Assembly: GCA_045579865.1 (NCBI GenBank)
Contig: JAZNMU010000084.1
Span: forward strand, 31,576-95,575
Length of the DNA: 64,000 nt
Origin: Acutalibacteraceae bacterium
Lineage (GTDB): Bacteria > Bacillota > Clostridia > Oscillospirales > Acutalibacteraceae
Direction of reading: 5' to 3'
The notes beneath the pieces were generated by a model that saw only the letters and a list, made by a program, of their open reading frames with translations, was not told the origin of the DNA and made no database searches. The position numbers were made by a program, and so were the translations under genes. Below, piece by piece: positions 1 through 8,663 of the stretch; the stretch's first letter is position 1; each line of letters starts with the position of its first letter.

Positions 1-32
1 AACCACTAACAAAACAACAAAATACTAATAAT

Positions 33-314
33 ATGGTTAAGAAAGATACTTTAGATTATACAGATAGTAATAATGATAGATTATCGTTTCAGGAATATAT
101 TGATAGAATGATTGATAATATAAGACCGATTAAAACTCCATTCGGTGAGTTTACATATTCTGATGCTCGCTTGTATTTAGAAATGCAGATTTTAAAGGAT
201 ACGCTCATTATTCCAAAAGGGTATTACACAATAGCACCTAATGCTATTGATGGATTATCTGTTGAAAAATTGTATATACCTGGTTCTATTAATAATATTC
301 CAGATAAACTCTAA
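33..314 (+). CDS. hypothetical protein, C-terminal part resembles one BspA-type leucine-rich repeat
   Basis: ORF track. The tail APNAIDGLSVEKLYIPGSINNIP resembles the LRR units of the 37319-38599 protein. No clear RBS checked. Confidence 0.3.
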   Translation: MVKKDTLDYTDSNNDRLSFQEYIDRMIDNIRPIKTPFGEFTYSDARLYLEMQILKDTLIIPKGYYTIAPNAIDGLSVEKLYIPGSINNIPDKL

Positions 315-434
315 ATAATGGTAAAGAGTTGTATGATGCAAAGAAAAATAAATTGATTTACAAAATTAAAGATTAACATAGTAATAAATTTTTTAATATT
401 TAATAAGAAACTATATGTTTTGGAGGATGAAAAA

Positions 435-2378
435 ATGAAATGTCAAAAATGCGGCAAAGACAATCAATTATTGGTAACAACCTGTCCTTATTGTAATGAA
501 AATTACAGTTTAGCTTCCGTGTTAGCGTGGATAATAAGCGAGCAAGGTGAAGATGTACTAAAGGATGCTCGTTCGCTTAAATCTAATATTTTGGATTTGT
601 GTAGAGATTCAAATTATGATACCGTTGTTTTTGAGGGTTTGTTAAATCAAGGGTTTGCCAAAAAAATTGGTGAGCTTAATAAAACTTCAAACTTTGATGA
701 AGCCTTAGACACATATTGTAAAACACTTTCAGCGACTTACAACATTGATAAAATCAACTACATTGCTGATGCATTCTATTTTGCATTAACAGGAAAGAAT
801 AGGGTTCATAAAAAAGTAACACCTTCCCCTGTTAACACAACAAGAAATACACAAAACAATAATACATACACATCTTCTTCACCTAAAACTCCATATTCAA
901 CTGCTCAAGACCTGGTTTCAGATGTGATATCAAAAATTCAGAGCTTTGATTTTCAAAAGTTTTTTTCAAATATTAATGTTCAGAGCATTAAAACTTTTGT
1001 GAAAAAAAATAAAAAGATATCAATTGGCATTCTCGGTATTGTTGCATTAATAATTATAATTTCCATTATTTCATCTGTTGTGGAAAATTTCAACGACAGA
1101 AGAGATGCAATAACAACAAAATCTTATTATGAGGGTACAACGTATGAAGATCGTACCTCTGAAATTGAAAGCACTACTGAATATATAGAAACCACAACAG
1201 AAGAAACCACAGGACTGACTGGTGAGCCGATTGATACAGATGTTATAACAGATACTGTTTATCAAGGCTCTAGCAATGAGCATTATATCAAAAGTGACAA
1301 TCCAGGTATATACAGATTCACAGCTGCTGACAGAACAGCAAGTTATAATGTATACATAAAAGTATATAACACTAACGACGAAAGAATGCTGAATGTTACA
1401 AATGAGGGCTCATGTGAGTTGGAGGCAGGTGTAACATACAAAGTAGTTATAGAAACCGATAGTCCCTCTTGTTCCTATACCCTCAAAATAGACAGACCTA
1501 ATGAAGTGAAAAATATTTCTCAAGGAATAAACACTCTGCATGATGCTATAACATATATAGACCAGCGTAATATGTATACATTTTCTGCGCCAATTACAGG
1601 TCGGTATAGAGTTGATTGCCTTAACAGAACGGATGGATATAATCTTGGAATAGAGATATATAACTCTAATAATGATAGAGTATTTAGGGAAACAAATGGT
1701 GGTTACCTCGATATGGAAAAGGGTGTAGTATATTCAATAAGAGTTGCTTATTCCACGGGTACTTGTGAATATGATATAAAAGTTTCAATTCCTAATGATG
1801 TAAGAGAAATCACTTTGGAGGAAACAACTATTGCGGACAAATTTACTTTTGCAAATCAGATTAACACATATACATATACAGCTCCGGTAAGTGGTAAATA
1901 TAGATTTGAAACAAACGAAAGAACAAACGGATACAATGTTCAGTTAAGAATCTTTGATGCAAATAACAATAGAATAGTTAGAGAAACTAATAACGGCACA
2001 GTAGACCTGAATAAAGATGTCAAGTATAGAATCGAGGTTGAGTATGATACTGAATTATGTTCATACAACCTCGTGATTGGTGTTCCTAAAGAAGTAAAAG
2101 AAATTTCTGCAGGTAAAGCTATTGCTGATTCTATTACTTATGTTCATCAGGAAAACAGATACACATTTACCCCTAGTTCTTCAGGCGAATATGTTGTTAA
2201 GGCATCAAATAGAACAAATGACTATAATGTGGAAATTTATATGTATGATGCAAATAACAATAGAATTTTGAGAAATCACAATGAAGGAACCGTAAATTTA
2301 ACATCAGGAACCTTATATACAATATATGTTTGTTATGTAGATAATCTTTGTGATTACTCATTGACCGTGAAAAAATAA
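435..2378 (+). CDS. zinc-ribbon / single-pass membrane protein with four tandem PPC-like beta-sandwich repeats
   Basis: GGAGG at 422-426 then ATG 435. N-terminal CxxC...CxxC (CQKCG...CPYC). Hydrophobic helix ISIGILGIVALIIIISIISSVV. Four ~90-98 aa repeats follow, each with Y-x-F/Y...G-x-Y...YN...Y/FD/N-x-NN-x-R...Y-x-I/V...C-x-Y. Confidence 0.8.
   Translation: MKCQKCGKDNQLLVTTCPYCNENYSLASVLAWIISEQGEDVLKDARSLKSNILDLCRDSNYDTVVFEGLLNQGFAKKIGELNKTSNFDEALDTYCKTLSATYNIDKINYIADAFYFALTGKNRVHKKVTPSPVNTTRNTQNNNTYTSSSPKTPYSTAQDLVSDVISKIQSFDFQKFFSNINVQSIKTFVKKNKKISIGILGIVALIIIISIISSVVENFNDRRDAITTKSYYEGTTYEDRTSEIESTTEYIETTTEETTGLTGEPIDTDVITDTVYQGSSNEHYIKSDNPGIYRFTAADRTASYNVYIKVYNTNDERMLNVTNEGSCELEAGVTYKVVIETDSPSCSYTLKIDRPNEVKNISQGINTLHDAITYIDQRNMYTFSAPITGRYRVDCLNRTDGYNLGIEIYNSNNDRVFRETNGGYLDMEKGVVYSIRVAYSTGTCEYDIKVSIPNDVREITLEETTIADKFTFANQINTYTYTAPVSGKYRFETNERTNGYNVQLRIFDANNNRIVRETNNGTVDLNKDVKYRIEVEYDTELCSYNLVIGVPKEVKEISAGKAIADSITYVHQENRYTFTPSSSGEYVVKASNRTNDYNVEIYMYDANNNRILRNHNEGTVNLTSGTLYTIYVCYVDNLCDYSLTVKK
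1266..2375 (+). repeat. four intragenic tandem protein repeats (~270-295 nt each), pre-peptidase C-terminal (PPC)-like by pattern
   Basis: Repeat units start near aa 283, 368, 466 and 564 of the ORF. Each ends in the conserved (P)N/KEVK/REIS/T linker. Confidence 0.75.
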
Positions 2379-2392
2379 TTCTTAAAAAAGTA

Positions 2393-2431
2393 AAATTAGC
2401 TATGTGCTATAACAGGTACATAGCTAATTTT
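2393..2431 (+). terminator. hairpin terminator after the repeat-protein gene
   Basis: Perfect 13-bp stem AAATTAGCTATGT / ACATAGCTAATTT with a 12-nt loop. Confidence 0.6.
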
Positions 2432-2451
2432 AAAATGGGAGATTCGTGAAA

Positions 2452-3132
2452 ATGAAAGAATTATGTTGCTGTAATTGTCAAAGAAAATGGATAGTTTACA
2501 GTGAGGACTTGAATTACAACAAAGTTTGTCCTTTTTGTCTCCATGAAATTAAAAATAAAGCAAGTATTGAAAAAATAGAAACCTTTGAACAGCTAATTTT
2601 TAAAACCATAGAATTGCAAGGTACTGATGTTTTTAATAGCCCCAAAAGAATGAATGGAGTTATGATAGATTTTTCATCCAGGTTTCTAAAAGAAATTAAT
2701 ATATTTTTCAAAATATCTGATAAAGAGTTTAAGTTACTTAAAGATATATTTGATGGAGATTATAATGAAGCAGAGGAAAAACTACTTAAGCTTAAAAATT
2801 TATTGATAGATAGTGAAGGATTAGCAGAAAGTTGGGCAGAATTTATAAGAGAAAAGAATCTTATCGCTTTAAGTTTATATAAAGGTTTTGATAAAAACTG
2901 TTGTTCTTGGAATGTCTCTATTCAAGATTTAGTGTTTAGTAAGGATGAGGAAAACAATTTTTTTGTTAATGAAAAAGAAGACAACGATAATTATAGTGCC
3001 AATGATGACATAATAGTTGGGTATCATATTTTTTCTTTTCTGCATGGAAGACGCGTTAATATTCCACACGTATTTGATTCGCATTTGTTTAAATATATTG
3101 ATGCTTATGATTCGGAAAAAGTGGAAAAATAG
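2452..3132 (+). CDS. zinc-ribbon protein whose N-terminal module is paralogous to that of 435-2378
   Basis: GGGAG at 2437 then ATG 2452. CCCNC...CPFC zinc ribbon, followed by a helical module similar in pattern to residues ~30-120 of the previous protein. Ends in an A-run where the Sel1 frame takes over. Confidence 0.65.
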   Translation: MKELCCCNCQRKWIVYSEDLNYNKVCPFCLHEIKNKASIEKIETFEQLIFKTIELQGTDVFNSPKRMNGVMIDFSSRFLKEINIFFKISDKEFKLLKDIFDGDYNEAEEKLLKLKNLLIDSEGLAESWAEFIREKNLIALSLYKGFDKNCCSWNVSIQDLVFSKDEENNFFVNEKEDNDNYSANDDIIVGYHIFSFLHGRRVNIPHVFDSHLFKYIDAYDSEKVEK

Positions 3133-3185
3133 ATGATGCCATTACTTTATATCAGGAGTTAACACAATTTCGTTCTAAAAATTGT

Positions 3186-3530
3186 TTGCCTGCTTATATT
3201 AGACTTGCAATGTTGCATGAAAAATTAAATCACCGAAAAGCTGCATGGAGAACTTTATTATGGAGTGCAGAAAATGGTGATGCAGAATGTGCTTATTGGG
3301 TAGGAAAATATTATTGGATAGGAAAGAATACAAACAAGTCCCTAAACAATGCAATAAAATATTTTATGATTGCGGCTGAACAAGGAGTTTGTGAAGCGAA
3401 TATTACGTTAAGCTTAATACATAAAGATAATCAAACTGCATCTAGTACATATTTAAAATATGCTAAGAATAGTGTAAATAATGATATAATTATAGAAACT
3501 TTAAAAAAAGAAATTGAGAGATGGTTATAA
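3186..3530 (+). CDS. Sel1/TPR-like repeat segment, probably the C-terminal part of the 2452 gene reached by a -1 shift
   Basis: AECAYWVGKYYWIGKNTNKSLNNAIKYFMIAAEQG is a Sel1-type repeat. This frame is open from 3111 (FGKSGKIDDAITLYQEL...). It has only TTG 3186 or ATG 3210 as starts and no RBS. Confidence 0.5.
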   Translation: MPAYIRLAMLHEKLNHRKAAWRTLLWSAENGDAECAYWVGKYYWIGKNTNKSLNNAIKYFMIAAEQGVCEANITLSLIHKDNQTASSTYLKYAKNSVNNDIIIETLKKEIERWL

Positions 3531-3585
3531 ATAATTACCACATTAAATATTTAGAGTACGATATACTGAAAATGAGGTGATAAGT

Positions 3586-4233
3586 TTGGATAAAACATAT
3601 GTTAGAGGCAATTTAGCCAAAAATCAATCTGCAATAAAAAGTAGCAGATATGGTAAAAGTGGAGAAACAACAAGAAAAACTAAACTATCATCAAAAAATT
3701 TCGACAAACTTATGCAACAAAGAGGTTTAAGCAAGAAAGATGCTTTGTCTTTGAAATCTTCTTTTGATAGAAGTAGTCCTATGCAGGTAAGACACGCAAA
3801 AAAAGGAGAACAATTTACAGTTGCTCACGGGACCTCAAATGCTTCAGGTATTTTTGTTTCAAAAGGTTCTCTTGGTAAAACTCCTGATAAAAGAATAAAC
3901 AAGGGTGCTTTACCAAATAGTAATTCTGCAAAATATGAAACAAAGGTTGCATTAGATAAAAATCAAAATCTTATATACGGAAAAATAGCACCTCAATCAA
4001 AATTTCAGAAAATGGATCCAAAACAAACACCGAGAAAAGGTGGCGGAACACAAGTAATAACTGATGGAGGATATAAAAAAGGAGCAATTAGAAATAACGA
4101 TACAAAATTTCCTGTTCCTGCTAAATCATCTGCTCCTACTGCTTCGCAAAAGTTTAGAGAAAGCATTGGAAAAACAAATACGAGTTCAAATAATAAAACG
4201 AGGAAATCGAAATCGAACTCTCGAGGAAGGTAA
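3586..4233 (+). CDS. basic protein with TNT (tuberculosis necrotizing toxin)-like NAD glycohydrolase motif pattern
   Basis: GAGGTGA then TTG 3586 (GTG 3577 is an alternative). The core HG..SG.F.S...R....ALP....Y...V......YGKIAP...GGGTQ resembles my recollection of the TNT/DUF4237 pattern (RYG..G.F.S...R.LP...Y..Y.V...G..AP.FGQ.GGG.Q). K/S/R-rich tails. Stop lies 8 nt before the kinase-STAND gene. Confidence 0.4.
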   Translation: MDKTYVRGNLAKNQSAIKSSRYGKSGETTRKTKLSSKNFDKLMQQRGLSKKDALSLKSSFDRSSPMQVRHAKKGEQFTVAHGTSNASGIFVSKGSLGKTPDKRINKGALPNSNSAKYETKVALDKNQNLIYGKIAPQSKFQKMDPKQTPRKGGGTQVITDGGYKKGAIRNNDTKFPVPAKSSAPTASQKFRESIGKTNTSSNNKTRKSKSNSRGR

Positions 4234-4241
4234 AGATACAT

Positions 4242-7200
4242 ATGAAACGTTTTCTTTCTGTTGGTGAAACAATTACGCTATTAGCATTTAACGAACAAAA
4301 AGATTTCTTAATTACAGAAGTTCTTGGTGTTGGTGGTAGTTGTATTGCATATAAGGTTAAATATTATGAAAATGAAAATATACCTCATATAGGTATTATA
4401 AAGGAGTATTGTCCTGCATTTTTAGAAGATGAAAATTTTGAAAGAATCGGAAATGAACTGAAAGTTTCTGAAAATTTCAAAGAAAAGTTTTTAGAGGGTT
4501 TATGTGAGTTTAAAAGAACATATAAATCTATTAATGAATACTTGTCTAATAATCTTTCTGCGGCAAATTATCATACAGTACAAATTGGTCTGTACGAAGG
4601 TAATAATACTGCATACACATTAACATCCTGTGATTATGGTATGAGTTACGACAAGATTGACAACGAAAGTTTGTTGTCAATCTGTAAAACTATGCTTTCT
4701 GTAACGAAAGCTGTTGAACTTTACCATAATGCAGGATTTTTACATTTAGATATTAAACCAAAAAATATATTGGTTCTGAATGATGTAACTGACTTGATTA
4801 AACTGTTTGATTTTGACAGTCTTACCTCTATTGAAAAATTAAAAAGAAGAGAAGTATATGGTGTTCCTGTACCGGAAGATTATTATGTTCCCGAATTAGA
4901 AAACTATGATATACGAAATATTGGTATTGAAACGGATGTTTTTGAAATAGGAGCAATGTTATTCTTAAAAGTCTTCAAAAGAGCTCCTGAAGTATCAGAT
5001 ATGTCATATGATTCAAAATATGATATAGATAAAAATGAATTATTTGTTGGTATTTCCCCTCCAGCAAAAAAAGAGTTTGTTGAATTATTAAGGAAAACTA
5101 TACAAATATCAAAAAGAAGCAGATATAAAACAACGAGAGAATTAAAATCAAAGTTTGAAAAAATTATATCTCTTATTAATGAAGATAAACCGTATCTTCT
5201 TGATTTACCAAAATGGCAGCCATCAAAGAATTGCATTGGAAGAAAGACTGAAATAAAAGAAATAAAAAGAAGACTTGATGAAGATGGTTATGTTTTCATA
5301 AAGGGTATTGGTGGGCTTGGAAAATCTGAAATTGCCAAATTGTTTGCCGAAAACTACAAGAATGAATATCACACAGTTCAGTTCTGCAAATTTTCAGATA
5401 GTCTTAAATCAGTCGTTGCAACAATGTCTATAAATGGTATAGACGAACAAAATTATGGCAATGCTGAAGAATTAATAAAAGAAAAAAATAAGGTTTTACA
5501 TTTATCTGATGATAAAACATTAATTATTGTTGATAACTTTAATGTTACATATGATGACTTTTTGCGTGACTTTTTACCATCAGATAATAAAAGTTTTAAA
5601 GTAATTTTTACAACGCGATGTACAATGGCGGCTGAATATTATGAATCTAAAACTTATGATTTACCAAAGCTCTCTATGGATGAATGTAAAGCATTGTTTT
5701 TTGCACATCTTGCAACTTCTTCGAATGGTGAAGAGGAAGTAATAGAAGAATTAATAAAGTTTGTAGATTATAATACCTTGATTATTGTTTTGATGGCGAT
5801 TACTATAAGAAAATCAGGATTTACTTTGAGTGAGATGCTTTCAAATCTGAAAGAACAGAAAATTAATAGCGTGGAAACCGAAATTTTTCACGAATATGAT
5901 TTTTCATCAGATGAAGTAAATGCATATAACAAAATATATGCTCACTTATCAACGATTTTCAGTATTTGTGGTTTAACAGAAATAAATAAAGAAGTATTAA
6001 AAAATGCAACACTTATTTCGTTAAATGGAATAGGTTTAGATGAGTTTATCAAACAATGTGGTTCTAGCAACATCAATCAAAATTCAGTTGATGATGTTGT
6101 TGATATGGGCTGGCTTAATAAAGATTCAAATGATATTATTTCAATGCATCCAATAATTTCTGATATGTTTTCGACAAACGAAGAATTATATAAAAAAGAA
6201 AGCTATTATAAGTTTGCCGAGCATTTAGAAGATTTCTGCAATCCGGATTATTGTCATTTCTCTATAGTTCTCAATAAACTTGCTTGCGCAAAGCATTTAG
6301 AAAGAAGATATACATTTGAAACTGATGAAAAAAAGGTGATTATAACTGTTAAGTTAGGACGAATGTATGAAAATATTTATCAGCCAAATGAAGCACGAAA
6401 ACATTTAAAAAGAGCATTGGCACTTGCAAAAGATTTAGGTTTAGATGCAGAAGTCATATATATATATAGCTTTTTGGGAAGTGTTGAAAAGGATTTTGGC
6501 ACATATAGGAAGGCCATAGACTATTATCAAAAGTGTATTTTTGAAGGCAAAAAACTTAAAAACAGGTTTTATTATGTTGTTGTCGAATCTATGATAGCCA
6601 TATCTGATTGTCATGAGAACAATAATGATAAGATAAAAGCATATAACTCTTATCTTGAGGCATTAAATTATTCAAAATGCTTTAAACTTTATGAGTATAT
6701 TCCTCAAATAGCTGACAGTTTAATTAAGTTATGTGAAGAGTTAGATTGGAAAGAAAAAGAACAAATTTATAGACGAGTTTTAAGTAAATATGGTTCTTTT
6801 GCTGAACCTTCTGAAGAAGATGTTGAATTTGATGAATTTTCAAAGAAAAGTGAAGAAGGAGATTATGAAGGTAGTCTGATTGCATACGAGAAAATATTGT
6901 CATCCCAAATAGAAGAACTTGGGGAAGATTCCCCAGTATACAAAGATTTGAAAAGAAATTTATGGGGGTTTTATGCAATAAACAAACAAAAAGAACAGGC
7001 ATTACATCTTTTGAGCGAAAACTTTGCATTTATCGAAAGTACTTACGGTGAAAATTCAATGGAAATGGCAAGAGAACTTTCTTCGGCATCAAATATAATG
7101 CTTGAACTTACAGAGTTTGAAAGTGCGGAAAAGTTTTCAAAAAGAGCCATCGAAATTTGTGAAGATTATGATGCTCAAGATGAATATTCGTATGTTGAAG

Positions 7201-8660
7201 CTGTCTTCGCACTTGCAAGGCTTTATCTTGTACAAGGTAAACACGAAGCTGCTTCAATGCTCGTAAAGAAAATTGATTTTTCAAGGTTTTCGGGAAATGA
7301 CTTTTTATCGGACATTATAACGGCTTGTGGTATGGTAATGTGTCAACTTAGTAAATTTGATGAGGTGGAGCCACTGTGCCAAGAAGTTTTGGATAAAAAA
7401 GGTATAGAAGATAAGTATAAGTATTTATCATATATTATCTTGGCAATGATATATGAACAAAAAGGCAAGTTTGACGAGGCTGAAAGATATGCTAATAGTG
7501 CAAAGGATAGTATAAGTGGCTTAAAAACTGAGCACATAAAAAAAGAGTGGTTGGTTGCTTACTATCGTTCAATTGCTAGAATTAAATTAAGGAAAGGTAA
7601 TCCCCAAGAGGCCATCTTGATTCTTTCTAACTTTATTGACAGTTTCAACGAGGAAGAAAAAGATAGTTTATTCTATTTGAATGGGGTTTATTCAGATCGA
7701 GGATTGTTCTATTTTTACTGTGACGATATTGAAAAGGCAACGTCAGATTTTAATAAGTGTGAGGAAATGCTTGTCAAAAATAATTTGCCGGATGATGCGT
7801 TTGCAGTTCTCTATAATAATATTGCAATGAATTATGAAAAGACAGGTCATTATGCAGAAGCAAAGAAATATCTTGAAAAAATAGTAAATGTAAATAAAAA
7901 TGTATTAAAGCCTAAATCATATTTTGATGCAATCGTTTGCAGTAATATTGGTTGGGTTGATTATAACTTGGGTAATATTGAGCAAGGACTTTGTTTGTTA
8001 AAGAACGCTGTTATTGCTTTGGAAAACCTTGGTATAATCGATACAACTGATTATTTCAAAATGAAGAATAATATAGCAATTGTGTATATCAGCCAAGAAA
8101 AATATCTAAACTCTTTTAACGAATATTCTGATATAAGAAATAGATATGATCCAATGACTGATTTTAACGGTGAAATGTCGATAAAAACCAATTTTGGTAT
8201 AGCCTTCTCACTGTTAAAACTTGATAGAGCAGAAGATGCTTATGATTTTTCTTTAGAAGAGCTGAAAAGATTTGAAACTTGGTTCGGCAAAACTTCTCCT
8301 ATAAGAATTAAAGCGATTCTTCAAATGGGGGGGTTATTTAGAGAGTTTGGCTATTCAGATTGTTATGATTTCTTTTTTCTCGCAGACGAGTTAATGGATG
8401 AATCCGGAGATTTTAATTCATTAAATAATGCCAAACTACTCAATTATATTGGTTTGTATTTTACAGATGAAAAGAAAGAACACGGTTTTGCAAAACTAAA
8501 ATTTGAAGAATCAAAGCAGCTTTTCGAAGAACTCAATGCCACTGATGATGAGATGTATCCTATTGTGGTGAAAAATATTGAATATGTAAGAGATTTAATT
8601 ATGGATGACCTTATCGGAAAAATGGCTCAGAGTATGATTGATGAAACACAGGAGGATTAG
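4242..8660 (+). CDS. Ser/Thr protein kinase - NB-ARC (STAND P-loop NTPase) - TPR repeat protein
   Basis: Kinase motifs: LGVGGSCIAYK (Gly loop and Lys38), HLDIKPKN (168-175), DFD (190-192), YYVPE. NB-ARC motifs: Walker A GIGGLGKS (355-362), Walker B LIIVDNF, KVIFTTR. About 750 aa of TPR-like helical repeats follow. Confidence 0.85.
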   Translation: MKRFLSVGETITLLAFNEQKDFLITEVLGVGGSCIAYKVKYYENENIPHIGIIKEYCPAFLEDENFERIGNELKVSENFKEKFLEGLCEFKRTYKSINEYLSNNLSAANYHTVQIGLYEGNNTAYTLTSCDYGMSYDKIDNESLLSICKTMLSVTKAVELYHNAGFLHLDIKPKNILVLNDVTDLIKLFDFDSLTSIEKLKRREVYGVPVPEDYYVPELENYDIRNIGIETDVFEIGAMLFLKVFKRAPEVSDMSYDSKYDIDKNELFVGISPPAKKEFVELLRKTIQISKRSRYKTTRELKSKFEKIISLINEDKPYLLDLPKWQPSKNCIGRKTEIKEIKRRLDEDGYVFIKGIGGLGKSEIAKLFAENYKNEYHTVQFCKFSDSLKSVVATMSINGIDEQNYGNAEELIKEKNKVLHLSDDKTLIIVDNFNVTYDDFLRDFLPSDNKSFKVIFTTRCTMAAEYYESKTYDLPKLSMDECKALFFAHLATSSNGEEEVIEELIKFVDYNTLIIVLMAITIRKSGFTLSEMLSNLKEQKINSVETEIFHEYDFSSDEVNAYNKIYAHLSTIFSICGLTEINKEVLKNATLISLNGIGLDEFIKQCGSSNINQNSVDDVVDMGWLNKDSNDIISMHPIISDMFSTNEELYKKESYYKFAEHLEDFCNPDYCHFSIVLNKLACAKHLERRYTFETDEKKVIITVKLGRMYENIYQPNEARKHLKRALALAKDLGLDAEVIYIYSFLGSVEKDFGTYRKAIDYYQKCIFEGKKLKNRFYYVVVESMIAISDCHENNNDKIKAYNSYLEALNYSKCFKLYEYIPQIADSLIKLCEELDWKEKEQIYRRVLSKYGSFAEPSEEDVEFDEFSKKSEEGDYEGSLIAYEKILSSQIEELGEDSPVYKDLKRNLWGFYAINKQKEQALHLLSENFAFIESTYGENSMEMARELSSASNIMLELTEFESAEKFSKRAIEICEDYDAQDEYSYVEAVFALARLYLVQGKHEAASMLVKKIDFSRFSGNDFLSDIITACGMVMCQLSKFDEVEPLCQEVLDKKGIEDKYKYLSYIILAMIYEQKGKFDEAERYANSAKDSISGLKTEHIKKEWLVAYYRSIARIKLRKGNPQEAILILSNFIDSFNEEEKDSLFYLNGVYSDRGLFYFYCDDIEKATSDFNKCEEMLVKNNLPDDAFAVLYNNIAMNYEKTGHYAEAKKYLEKIVNVNKNVLKPKSYFDAIVCSNIGWVDYNLGNIEQGLCLLKNAVIALENLGIIDTTDYFKMKNNIAIVYISQEKYLNSFNEYSDIRNRYDPMTDFNGEMSIKTNFGIAFSLLKLDRAEDAYDFSLEELKRFETWFGKTSPIRIKAILQMGGLFREFGYSDCYDFFFLADELMDESGDFNSLNNAKLLNYIGLYFTDEKKEHGFAKLKFEESKQLFEELNATDDEMYPIVVKNIEYVRDLIMDDLIGKMAQSMIDETQED

Positions 8661-8663
8661 AAG

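Noticed and set aside
4005-4267. ORFs 4005-4241 (minus) and 4064-4267 (plus) at the junction of the TNT-like and kinase genes
   Set aside because: They overlap better-supported genes in alternative frames and have low-complexity translations.
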